Shown one piece after another: positions 25,905 through 41,282 of a DNA stretch of 41,282 nucleotides. The notes beneath the pieces are model-generated. The model was not told the DNA's origin, ran no database searches, and worked only from the letters and a program-made list of their open reading frames with translations. The position numbers and the translations under genes are program-made. The number at the start of each line of letters is the position of its first letter. Position 1 is the first letter of the stretch. The stretch comes from Bigelowiella natans CCMP2755 (lineage: Eukaryota > Protista > Cercozoa), in the NCBI GenBank assembly GCA_000320545.1, contig ADNK01000836.1:1-41282 (forward strand), in the 5' to 3' direction.

Positions 25905-26334
25905 GTGACCGTGTTACTGCTGCCAATGACAGAGGATGATACATGTAAATCCCTGCCCCCCTTCCGCTACCTTTCACCCTTGCTGCTGCGTTCGCGCTTC
26001 CGGGATGACATGGAGCTCGAGTTCGCCCCCTTCCGCGACCGCATGAGTGGTGATGGTGATGCAATCAGCGAGCGAGCGAGAACATACAACCCGTTCGTAT
26101 CCTGCGACAACACCAAGTCTTTGTCGCACAATGAGAATCAATCGCACTCATGTGAGCCTGAACGCTGCAAAGCGGCTGCAGGAAAACGAGAAGGAAACGA
26201 TTGGATTCTGGTGGTGCGACTTGGAATATAAACAGAAACTCGAATTTCGCACAAAATTGCGATACGATCGTAGGGAAGTAGACTAGAAAGATCCACACCT
26301 CCCCACCACTACCCCTCCTCTGCAAGTACCGCAT
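22630..26334 (-). CDS. SWIM zinc finger + C4HC3-type RING finger protein (ZSWIM2-like putative E3 ligase)
   Basis: Exons: RDRIERARRSQ / YAVMGSTG / NIYGVNISQRPSCTCPDFLKGNLCKHILFIYLK (SWIM CxC...CxH) / VLRLPPSSPLIYQKGLL / ECPICMDDL...YCK / AQCGQNVHTECID...CPYCRAPW (RING) / EGYLNLGMAQGLSTNREY. Stop TGA at 22630-22632. 5' region above ~25450 is uncertain. Confidence 0.88.
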
Positions 26335-26382
26335 CTCGTCCCCCCTTCTCCAAAACGACCCGACGCACCTAGTTGGAACGGC

Positions 26383-27001
26383 ATGATTGCAAACCTAACA
26401 CCTCAGGAAGGTAAAACAATAACACTCGAATCAGTTTGGGATCGATATTGCATCGAACAAACTTTTCACGTTCCGAGCTCTGCTCACCACTCATCAACTA
26501 CATACATCATGATCGTCGTCATCGCATTAGGCGTGGTGATGGCGAAGACCTACGAAACACAACGAGAGGCCTTGAAACGAAAGGATCGCCATGCACCCTC
26601 CAAGGCAAGAGATGACAGAGAAACGTGCGCGTTTATCAGATATTTGCTTATATGTTATTACTATATGTTGCTTTCCTGCAGCCTGTGACGGGGCTCGTCC
26701 AGCAAATTAACACACTCAACCAATTTCACAGGTACTAGGGTTAGGGGGTTTAAAGAACACGTGTTGATCATTTTTTAATTAGACTTGGGCAATGGAGAAA
26801 TTTTCGAAACGAACTCCATTTGTAGGCTTTTTGCGACTACATGTGGACCATTGCTTGTTTCGATTCACAAGACAAAGAACGAATCAACTTAATGTCTGTG
26901 TATAAAATGTATACATGTATCCCTCTCAGCACATTCCGACCTATGATCAGCAAGTACAAGTTCCCAAGCGCGGTGGATCACACAAACAAGCACAAACACA
27001 C

Positions 27002-27047
<46 letters not shown>

Positions 27048-27571
27048 ACACACATGAATGAGGGAGGTGGAGAGTGAGAGAGAGAGAGAAAAGAGAGAAC
27101 TAGAGAGTCTCCGTGCTTGTTGCAAGAGTACCTTCCTTATGTTTAACCGCCATCATCATTTTTCTGATAGGCATGTGGGGCGTTCTCTATCGCTAACTCC
27201 ATATTGCTTGCGAAATTGCTGTCAGAGAGAAGAAAGGTGTATTTTACGCATGCGGGCATTTTTGTGCCGAATTAATGAATTAAAGAGCTCAAATTGTTAA
27301 TGCAGTCCTAGGGTTTGCCATCGTCCTTCACCATGATCTCCCCTCCTTTCCCCCCTCCCCTGCTGCTCAACCTGTCGCCTTTTTGCTCACCAGAAAGCAA
27401 AGGGTGTGGACAAGGCCATGAGTGCGGAGGAGCTGGAAGCCATCGTAGCGGTCCTGCGCTCGCCGGCCAAAGTCACTCCGCTGGTGAGTACGACATACGA
27501 CAAACGCCCCTTACACCTAGCATCAAACTATTGAATGGTCCCAAGCCTATGCATGTGTGTATCCTTGTGGT

Positions 27572-27612
<41 letters not shown>

Positions 27613-28442
27613 TGCGTGTGTCTGAGTTGGCGATCTACCGACGCAGGTTGAGAGGGTGATGAAGAAAATTAGCGAGGACCGCGCGAAATACGTGGCCAAA
27701 CACAAGAAAACCGCCTTTACCTCCAAGTCGTCTTTGCACGCATACTACGCATAATACGTTTATGTTTATGAAGGATAATATAATTATATATACATATTAT
27801 ATTTATGAATATTATGCTTGGTCAATGCTCCTAGATCGATTTCTGTTTAGTGTGCTTTTCCTTGCTATCCGCTCTCCTTCTCCCCCCCCCTTTTCATCAC
27901 GTTGGCTGAGCTGTCCCTGCGGTTGGGAATGTTGTGGGTAATGTTGTTGTTGTTGTTATTGTTGTTCTTGCCGTTGTTATTCTAGGAAAGCTGAAGATAA
28001 GTATATGCAAGACTGGGTCGCGAACTACGAGATAAGCGACTGGTTCATAAAGGTGATGATAACGATGATGATGATTGTAGTGCCTTCGTCTGGATATAGG
28101 CTTCTCGTTCTTCTCCTATTTTTTTTTTAAGTTTTTGACGCTTTGTGGTCGTTATCGTCATTGTTTGCTTCCTTCTTCCGTTTCCGAAGAAATCGCTCAC
28201 ATCTGTAGTTAGTTGATCTCTCATGAGAGACGCTAGATCTGAAATGGCGCCATCCCCGCACACATTCACAGTTCTCGTCGTCATTGCTCAAGAAAGAGGG
28301 GTCCGATACTGCGACTGATGACACCGACGATGCATGCAGTGCGGCAGACATGACGAATGTCCATTTCCTGCGGTCTGTCGGTGTAGTAGTAGTAGTAGTA
28401 GTAGTGGTAATGGTAGTAGTATTGGTAGTAGTAATAGTCGTG

Positions 28443-28478
<36 letters not shown>

Positions 28479-28643
28479 TATCTGCACCCATGCGTTTATT
28501 TTAGTCGATGTGGAGAAGTAGAAGAAGAAGAAAAAAACGAAAAAGAAGCAACAGTCGCAGTAAGAGCCTGCAACGCCCTTCCCCCCCTCCCTACTTGTTC
28601 ATAGGTACAATCAGTGGCCGGAACGCAACGGCTCAACATGTGA
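26383..28643 (+). CDS. Hypothetical multi-exon protein
   Basis: GT-AG bounded exons such as ACDGLVQQINTLNQFHR / KAKGVDKAMSAEELEAIVAVLRSPAKVTPL / VERVMKKISEDRAKYVAKHKKTAFTS / KAEDKYMQDWVANYEISDWFIK / VQSVAGTQRLNM*. No domain recognised. Confidence 0.6.
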
Positions 28644-29023
28644 TTACCTCAGACTAACGGAATGGCTTGCTTACATTTCTTCGAGACACACGTTATCTTT
28701 CGAAACCAATATGATGGAGGGGGGGGGGGGGGGGGATGCAAAAAAAAAAGGGGAAAAAAATGGCCAAGCAATATTACTACTCACAGCAAAAAAAACCGCC
28801 AAACACTATCACTACTCACAAGCAGTGATGGATTAACCCCCTCCTCCACGCTGCACCGATGATAATACATAGTCGAAGAGAAAGAGCGTTTGGTGGAGGA
28901 GAAAGTGTTTGGTGGCGAGAAAACGGGCGATAAGGTGAAGTATTAAGACCATTCTGAACGACAGATTCATGGGGAGGAGAGAGGGATAGATGACTTCCCC
29001 GACTACTGCTTCCTTTCCCTGGC

Positions 29024-29071
<48 letters not shown>

Positions 29072-29247
29072 AATGTGGGAGACTTATGACTGGCTAATAA
29101 TAATGAGAATAAAAATAATAATAATAATAATAATAATACATTTATATTATCCTGTGTATTGTGAAGGTGAAGGTGGAGCTGGAAGAGGGCGCCAGTAGAT
29201 TCATCGTTGAGTCGTTCGTTCCGGTAGTAAGTAATCTTGCTCTCTCT

Positions 29248-29338
<91 letters not shown>

Positions 29339-29503
29339 TTTTGAAGGTGTGCATGCGAATTTTTAGTTCTTGGTCTTCTTTTTGTTGTTATTTCATTCCC
29401 CATAATGTACATTTTCATCATCATATCACCATCGTCGTCGTCGTCATCTATCATCCATCCGCACGTGGTTTTTGAAGGAGAGGAAACTTAGACGACCCGA
29501 GGA

Positions 29504-30155
29504 ATGGTTAGCGATGAAGAGTGAGGGGAAAGGAAAGGAAGGGGCAAAGTCTCCCGCAGAGGTGGCAGACATTTTTCCTTTCTGGCAGTTCTATCATAAC
29601 ATCGGGAGAGAGGCTAGCTAGGGCGCGCTCCCGTTTCTCCTAGTGACGAATACTATTTAGATTATATGTAATAATAGCACGTTGGGCTGTGGTGCGCCGC
29701 TGCCCGGATTGGTCTTGGAGGTTGTCGCGTGCATCTGATTGTGTGTTCGATCTTGTTTTTGGGTAAATACGTCACAAAGGGGGCTCGGAGCCACCTCTCG
29801 GAAGTATTTCTGTTGGATGTCAACGGTGAGAACGACGATAAATTGCAACAGCGCGCGCGCGCGCGCGTGCGCGCACATACGCTCTTAAACGTGTCGCATC
29901 GACGGGTCGGCTTAGATTTGTTAGAGGAGTGCCTCATCGGTGAGCGATTGTTACTTTGTCGCAACTGTAGGCCACTTCGTTACATCGTTTTCTTGTCATT
30001 TGGAGAAGAAAGTAAGTAGCGACTGCAGACAAGGGCAAAGGGAGGGGTGGTGGCAGTTAAATCCCGAGAACGCGCTGCGAAGAATGTACCAACAAATGTG
30101 TCAAATACCCATTGGTGATGTGTAGATAACATGCAAAAGAAATGTATATTAATGT

Positions 30156-30228
<73 letters not shown>

Positions 30229-30665
30229 GCAATATGCTTATAATCATTCGACCAGGTTGTGCTATTATTGCGTGTTCTTATCTGTGTACCTTTGTCTTCT
30301 CTTTTGTGCAAAGGATAAGTCCATCACCCCATGTTTGGTGGTCATCAACACGACAGGGGTACTACTACTACTCCTACTACTTCTACTTCTACTATCACAT
30401 CCATCAGGAACGTCATTCAGGCTCTTGTTATCATCACCTAACAAAATGTGCACAAAATAACTATTAGGCGAGCTATATTAGCCCGGGGGCTCCGGCGGCA
30501 GCCTACGATCTCTCCTTCATCTCGCCTGCTCCTGCAAACCCCTTTGCGGAAGGTGTGGAACAAATCAAAGCAATGGGAATCCAGAAGACAGATCAAGAGA
30601 TTTCGCGTGCATTGCTCTCGGCTGATGGTGACATCAGTACGGCTGTAGCAATGCTCCTTTCATAA
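29504..30665 (+). CDS. Small multi-exon protein with C-terminal UBA domain
   Basis: Last exon 30468-30665 ends FAEGVEQIKAMGIQKTDQEISRALLSADGDISTAVAMLLS*, matching the UBA pattern (MG turn, AL...GD...AV..LL). Upstream short exons TLGCGAPLPGLVLE / GHFVTSFSCHLEKK / DKSITPCLVVINTTG. Start uncertain. Confidence 0.75.
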
Positions 30666-30779
30666 GACGTGGTGGGTTTGCACGTGGAAATCACTCTTAA
30701 TTCGACGTTTCGTTCAAAAATTATAAAAGCTGACTGCTACGTGCGCGCAGAAGCGTATATTAAATATATAGCCGCATAC

Positions 30780-31460
30780 TGTTTCTAGATATTGTCAGCT
30801 CGTGCGCGACCGTCGGTGCGACCAGCTACGTAATTGTTTCCCCCCTCCCTCGCTCTTGCGGCGTAATTGCATGTGGGAATGTGAGGTGTACGGACACACA
30901 CGTGCTGTTCCGTACTTGCGCTACTATGTATGTACATCCCCTTTAATTTGTATCTGCTGTCGACGTCGCGGCTGAATGACAGCTATGTCCTCATGCACAC
31001 TGGCGATGTCGTCAAATGCTTGCTGATTCAAAATGCTACACGGCTACAGAAATACACAGCATTATGCTCTGTTGGTCAACGCATATTCGACACATGTGCA
31101 TGATGCGATGTAACCTATCGATTGCGTCGCTCTGTACGTTACTATTTATTGCATCATCTGTCCATTGCATGTGCTCCATTTCGCAAGTTGTAGACATTTC
31201 CTCAGTTGCCAATTTATGAAGACTGTTGCGCAGAAGTGGTTCGACAATAATTAATGCAAACTACTCAGTTGAAATATGGGCACTAATCACTACTATTGCA
31301 GTGGCGACGAATAAGATAGAGCATGCACGCTTACGTTATCAAGATAATTCAGTCTATTCTAAAATTGTCGCAGATTACATGATCGCAATAATAATGGCAG
31401 CGCTTATCACTCATTACTTTGAGCAACGATACCCTTGTGCCATGTCTCATGCATTCAAAG
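30780..31460. other. CATG/TGCA-rich intergenic island 5 (weaker; abuts the AT-rich HAD fragment)
   Basis: Many catg and tgca words, fewer ctag; lies between convergent stops at 30665 and 31814. Confidence 0.55.
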
Positions 31461-31504
31461 CATAACCGTAATATCGTTTAATAATGTAAAATTGAAGAAA
31501 TCAT

Positions 31505-31753
31505 ATGTTCGAATCTAAAATGAAACCTTATCCACTTGTACATATTTATTTTGAAAAATTAAAAAAAAATAAATATCAAAATGTATTCTTTGAAGATAGG
31601 GTAGAAAACCTTGTATATCCTAAAAAAATAGGATGGATTACAGTATTAATAGACCCTTATATTTATCATAATAAAGTTAAAATAGCTTATGTAGATTTTG
31701 TATTCCCAGATATATATAAAGCATTGAGTTTTTCAATAAATAACATAAAGTGA
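31505..31753 (+). pseudogene. C-terminal half of a HAD-superfamily hydrolase (Sdt1/pyrimidine 5'-nucleotidase-like), AT-rich and intronless, probably foreign
   Basis: MKP (motif III Lys) ... FFEDRVENL (motif IV) ... KKIGWITVLI ... VDFVFPDIYKAL. The N-terminal DxD motif is absent. Third codon positions are almost all A/T, unlike neighbouring genes. Confidence 0.72.
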
Positions 31754-31813
31754 AAAATTATAGATAATAAATGGTAAATATTAAAAATATTATAACCAGA
31801 AAGGCTAACGTGA

Positions 31814-32369
31814 TCATGCATACAAGGGCGTGCGGTGTTTTTTTTGCATTTTTGTTTGCTGGGAATCTCTCTTTGCCTTGAGGGTCGGTGTACTCGCCCT
31901 GGGGGTGGGGTTGATAGCTCTGTGTGTGGGGGTGCTGGCTCTACGTGAGGTGCGTGTAGTAGTTCTGATGGTAGGTGCGTGCACTCTATTCCTGGGTGTG
32001 GGCGTGCTGGTCCTGCGTGTCCTAGGTCTGTGTGGGCTTGAATCGCCTTCTTCAGTTGATGAAAAACCTGAGCTTCCTCCGGTTTGCTTGAAGTTGAAAA
32101 CGGTGTGTGGCTTCTTCTGTGGCGTGCGTGGCGGGCTCTTCAGAACCTTCTGTTATTGTTAAATGCATCGAAGATGTTGAAGGCGATCAGTGTGATGCTT
32201 GATGATCTCAGAATCACTATCATTGAAGCAGCCAAAGACAGTTCGGTTGCAGGGCAGGAAACGCATTCGAAAATTGCTTGTGCTATGCAGACATATATCA
32301 TTTTTATAAACAAATTATGCGTACTGTCATTGCGTTGAGGAAGATTGGAGCCAGTCGACAACATATGAG

Positions 32370-32416
<47 letters not shown>

Positions 32417-35400
32417 TTCTCATAATTGCGCATTCCTGCTATGGGGAGATAATACCCTGCCGTCGTGAGTTGGTTGGTATCGTGAAGTGACGAGCTTAGG
32501 GTTATGCGCCTTCCAAGCCGTCTTTTTCTTCATCGATTTGATATGCTTATACTTCAATGACGCAAGATTGTGGTTGTATGAAGCATCAGGAGTTAAAGAG
32601 CTAGGGGGAGTAGCAGATGAAGCAGATTCACTACCGGAATAATCATCGATGACCTGATCACAATCAAAAACATAAATTAACGCAAAAATTATAATTTAAT
32701 TCCAAGACTTGGAAGAGATAAACCCCCACTTCTATATTTTCGATTTCGTCAAAAAAACAATGCAGTGAGACTCGCGACCTTCACAAACTTGGCTTTGCAA
32801 GTTTTTCGCGTGGCGGAACAAGCGCGAAGCTGGGCTGATCTTTCGGGAACCTGCGCCAACATCGATGTTTTGAGCAACATAAACGCATAGCTCAACACCA
32901 CAGCCACAACCATGCAAAACTGCCAATGGAGGGATTTGTCGGCAGCCAACATGTCTAACAACCGAAGGACAAGAAATCAAAGTTGGAATTCTGCTGCAAA
33001 AAGCATCTACTGACACCATTCCTGCTTGGAGATTGGATGCGTTCAGGTTAAAGTTTGTGTGGAGGAGAATAATAAAGGCGGCGATCGAATGGAAACGTGA
33101 GTGAAATAGCATACACTAAGTTTTTACTTGATCGCGCATGTTTGTTACTATGATGTGTCAGTTTTACAATGAGGCGTGGCGGTCTTGGAATGCTGAATCT
33201 CCGAGAGTTGTTACGCGGTTCGTCAGATTTTGCTGCAACGAATTCCTTCTCCCTTTTCTGCAAAAATGCGTAGTTCAGAGCCATCCTCAGCTGCTTTGCT
33301 GCCATGGAATATATTATCTCTTCTCATCACAGGGGATCTCAACTTACCACTTCTCTCTTTATTTTGTCCATAAGCTTGATCTGGTGGCGCCGATTTCGCT
33401 CTTGAGCTTCCATTACTGATTGCGTGTTCGGGACTTTGTCTGTGGAATGTGGTGCCATGTTGGCGAGAATGACACACAGAAGCATAACAGAACCAGATGA
33501 ACGTTGGGGATCATTACGAAGGCTCGCCGCATGAAAACACGGATGCCATGATTTAGATAGCAGGCGGGAACGGTTTCTCATCATGCGATATTGGGTATTA
33601 CCGGAATTTGATCTTCTTTTCGAGCCCCTTGAAGTGAGGCGTTTCATTTTTTGCATCCACGAAGAAGAGCAGATCTCAAAAGCCTTGATGCGAGAGTTGC
33701 TCTTCTGCAAAAGTGCATGTGGTGCATTGTCAGTGTGAGTGGTGTGTAAAGAGAAGGAGAGAGAAAGAGAAAGAGAGAGAGGGAGAGGGAGAGGCGAGAG
33801 GGGGGTAAGAAAAAGGAGTATTGGACTGCGACAAGAAATGTAAACGCTGAGAAATCTGCTCGAACACATACCTTGTTAAGCATCGCAGCAATGAGCTGTC
33901 GGAGTTCTTGTGAGATGAAAGGTGGGAATTTATAGGTCCCAAGGCAGATCGACTGCATGAGCGTGAGATCGTTGTCATGATCGAACGGGAGAAACCTGCG
34001 GTCGTAGGATATATACAGTATATTGGAATAAAACATCGCCGCCTGCATACTCGTGTTGCTTGCCATCTGTCCGTGTTAGCTCATTTGTAGATGATGTGAG
34101 AGAAAGAAGCTCCTCCTACCCGTGAGAGAGAGCGAACAGCATGATGCCGAGTGACCAGACATCGCAGCTCTCTGAGTAGCAGTTTCCAGATAAGACCTCG
34201 GGCGCACAGTAGTACTTTGTGCCGCAGCGCGAGCGCCTGATAGTGGATAGCGAACATCAATTCTTGCTCATCCTATAGAGAAGAAGAATCAAAGCGGCAT
34301 CCATCCACCGCTTGTTGATTGTTTGTTTGTTTTTTTATTTTAAATATTGCTTTCGTGATGGTGGCATGACATTGTCTCATCCGCTTCATGGGAAAGACCG
34401 AAGTCGGCCAGCTTCACCTTGTAGTCCTTGGTCTGATAAAACATCCAAATGAGAACGGAATCATTCAATACTTTCAGCGACATTTCTGAGCGATTTAGTG
34501 TAGGAAGCATAGCTAGCATTTGTTGTTGTGGTTTGTTTGAACAATGCACGTTGATATTTCAGTATATTGTCAATAACGTTTCTGAGGTGAAGGTGTTGAA
34601 CTTGAAGAAAGTGGATGATATTATCCTTTCGTATTGGGTAGCCCCAGGGTAGTTTATGATACAACAATTATTCTGATGATGCGATGTATGCATTGACTGT
34701 GTTCCTCATATTGATGCTATGGTGCTGCTACAGCTGATAATGATGATGATGATGATGGTGATGATGCCGTACGTAAAGAATATTCTCCAGCTTGATGTCG
34801 CGGTGAACCACTGACTTCGAATGACAATGAACGATCGCGGACAATACTTGTTTGAATATATTGTAAGCTGGGATTTTGCGCAAAAGTATACAGAAACACG
34901 AAAAAATATATGTGAATATGCGTACACAAATGCACAGGACACATTTATTGTGGTGTGCATTAGATATCACATTCTTTCTCCGACATGACTCCCATGTTGT
35001 CCAGTAATCTGTGATGCCAAATAATACACAAATGGTCACATACGCATGAAGACTACGCTATGTGCGAATCTTCTATAACCACAGATTTAACAAGGCTGTA
35101 TATCGATTCGTCATATGTGTGATATAATCATACTCGTAAAGTTCGCCGCCTTCCACGTACTCCATCACAATGCCCACTTTGTTTGGAATGTTCGCGATAT
35201 AGCCTGTGTATTACAGAGATGCACACGTGTTTTTTGAGTTTATGTGTGTGTGTGTGTGTGTGTGTGTGCATGTGTGCATGTGTGCGTGTGTGCGTGTGTG
35301 CGTGTGTATGAGTGGGTTTATGTGTGATTTCAGTGTGATCTGACCGAATGTCCGCACTATATTTTTATGGCGCAGAGAGCTGAGTAAGAAGTATGCAAAG

Positions 35401-35833
35401 TAATAACTAAAAACAAGATCGCCCATATTAGATCAAAAGCCAATGGAAAGAGATATAAAAATCATAGATGCAAAGAAAAATATAAGTATAAGCACATTCA
35501 CATGCACGTTCACGCACATTACATCCTTAGACGCACCTTCCAATTTTGATCTCTCTTTGTAGATTGAGTATATCACGCTCAGTTTTCAGTTTGGACAGAT
35601 CCACAAATTTTATTGCAAACTTTTCAAATGTTTTTCGAAGGATGGCGATGCAAACCTGCTCGAAAATCACCAGAGTGCGTTAGAGAAATGTCATCTTCTT
35701 GAATCTGGTCAAGGACTCTCACCCTTCCCATCTTTCCCTTTCCGATGCAATGCTTCGAAATGCTGAAATCTTCCTTGTTGAACTTGCGAAGTTCCTTGCA
35801 TTCCGACAGAGGGCCAAAGATTTGGTCATTCAT
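31814..35833 (-). CDS. Ser/Thr protein kinase, CAMK group (SNF1/AMPK-related-like), with long disordered C-terminus
   Basis: Exons: IGKGKMGRV / FAIKFVD...LQREIKI / LRHKNIV / IVMEYVEGGELY / VVHRDIKLENIL / VKLADFGLS / RCGTKYYCAPEVL...CDVWSLGIMLF / FLPFDHD...ISQELRQLIAAMLNK. Last exon ...KKHRTPLYA* with TGA at 31814-31816. Confidence 0.92.
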
Positions 35834-36070
35834 CACAATGGTCGTCTATAGCTGAATAGGGGAAGGAGGGGGCTTAATTTCTCATTTTTTACGAAACCAC
35901 CAGTGGGGGTCGGCAGGAAAAGAAGGAAGCAACAAGTGTGCAGACAATAGGACATTGCAACATTGGCTTATGGAATTTTGTTGCCTGCCACCAGGTGGGT
36001 GCGCAATGAATGGTCTTAGAGAAACACCGTGGTTGTCAAGTGATCACTCGTCGATTACCTTTGTAGAGCA

Positions 36071-36260
36071 GAATCAGCGCTGTTTGGACCAGAAGTGCAG
36101 ACCCTCATTTTGGTGTTGCGTTTCACTGAAGTTTTACGTTACTTTTCGCGGACTTTTCGCGGCAGTTGGCTATAAAAAGGGCGAATCAGCGACCAGAAGT
36201 GCGGACCCCTCATTTTGTTGTTACGTTTCACTGAAGTTTTACGTTACTTTTCGCGGCAGT
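36071..36260. repeat. Imperfect ~80-bp direct repeat (2 copies) in a divergent promoter region
   Basis: gaatcagcg...gaccagaagtgc.gaccc(c)tcattttg.tgtt.cgtttcactgaagttttacgttacttttcgcgg...cagt starting at 36071 and 36183. Confidence 0.85.
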
Positions 36261-37332
36261 AGGTTTGAGGGACAAGCGTAACTCGCCCTCGGGACTCCGG
36301 ACGCTACGAGGTACAAAGTCGGAGCTTCTCGAATGCAAACCGGAAGAAAACGCCTAAAATCATTCCAGTCGAATTCTCGAAGAAAACGCCTAAAATTATT
36401 CCACAAAACTTCCATGGACTCCTCGAGAAATATCTTGCAGGAGTTTTATCGAGATTTATCCGGCACGAGGCTGAACCGTCTTTACAGGATGTTGGTCTTC
36501 CCGAATTTCGTCGTTTCGGTGCGACAAGCACAGAGGTGTTCAGGGAAAATTCACGAAAACCTGAAACCACTCGAATTTACTACTCAACGCATCATCACCG
36601 CATGGGTGTTGTCGCGAATGAATTCAGGAGCTGAAAATTCTGTGGTTTGCGATTCTCACCGATTTAACTCTCATTTCTCTTGTCACACAGATGAAACGCC
36701 ATGTGTGCCGAGGTGAGACGCCTTGCTAACATGTTATCCAAGGCTTATGCGCCGACGTTCTAAGAGCGACATGATTGGTTTGGACGTCTCAGTAAAAAAC
36801 GTAGGCTTAAAAACCCCTGACAAAATCGGAAATGTGGCCGGGCTGGCAAAGAGAGTTCTAATTTTTAAAAATCTTGTCGTCGAGATAAATTTGCCTACTT
36901 CAGAGGAGCAACCTTCGAAAGTACCGGTTGTAGCATTACGTTGGATGAATTGTAGAGGTCCAAGCTCACATTCTATGCAACCCCGCAACCCAAACGGGAA
37001 ACTGCAGACCTACGGAGCGACCATGCCATCGGTAATCTCACACCTCTCCCTATTCTTTCGGTCGTTTTTGATCAGAGGAAGGAACTTACTCAGTCCCCTA
37101 TGTTTTCCCTGCCCGTTTCGTATGTGCCGCGCAAGCGATTGAGAGTTAACGCGAGCAGCGTTCGAGCTCGTCTTCTCACATCGGAAGTATCTGCTTTTTT
37201 GGGGGGGAAGCCCCGGGGAGTTCGTGGGACCCAAAACATTTCCACCAACCACATATCAAATGAAATTAATTAGAGCGAGAGGTATTGTGACACACCTCGA
37301 TTCAACCAACTGTCCCTTCCTTTCCCTTCCAG

Positions 37333-41282
<3,950 letters not shown>

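Noticed and set aside
26736-26750. tagggttaggg telomere-like sequence
   Set aside because: Fewer than two full units, inside an intron; expected by chance.
31226-31465. IAVATNKIEHA resembling HAD motif II upstream of the HAD fragment
   Set aside because: Composition differs from the AT-rich block, stops intervene and no motif I is present; probably coincidence.
36071-36260. Direct repeats as a possible CRISPR array or LTR pair
   Set aside because: Only two adjacent ~80-bp copies, with no spacer series, no cas genes and no internal retroelement sequence; eukaryotic context.
35900-37300. tRNA or snRNA gene in the long intergenic region
   Set aside because: No cloverleaf, A/B boxes or U-snRNA signature could be recognised by eye.

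Overview
Eukaryotic nuclear DNA, gene-dense and intron-rich, with many introns packed with compound microsatellites. Most ORF-track entries are artefacts of these repeats. A signal-peptide-plus-transit-peptide presequence and the gene style suggest an alga with a secondary plastid, most plausibly a chlorarachniophyte (inference). I rebuilt about 12 gene models, most of them spliced, by hand from GT/GC-AG boundaries and protein motifs. In order: a terminal exon (+), a YnbD-like membrane dual-specificity phosphatase (-), a disrupted hypothetical gene (-), an EF-hand protein (+), a frameshifted intronless ankyrin gene (-), an insertion-laden CDPK (+), a 110-aa plastid-targeted Trp/Lys-rich protein (+), a SWIM+RING protein (-), a hypothetical protein (+), a UBA protein (+), a CAMK/SNF1-type kinase (-) and a vacuolin-like SPFH protein (+, runs off the window). 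The most unusual signal is non-genic. Five ~0.4-1.2 kb islands full of CATG/TGCA/CTAG words lie downstream of gene 3' ends, four of them at convergent junctions and none at divergent ones. Three hold or adjoin foreign-looking DNA: a LINE 3' remnant, an AT-rich intronless HAD-hydrolase fragment resembling giant-virus genes, and the ankyrin pseudogene. Exon coordinates were read by eye, and several 5' ends are uncertain.
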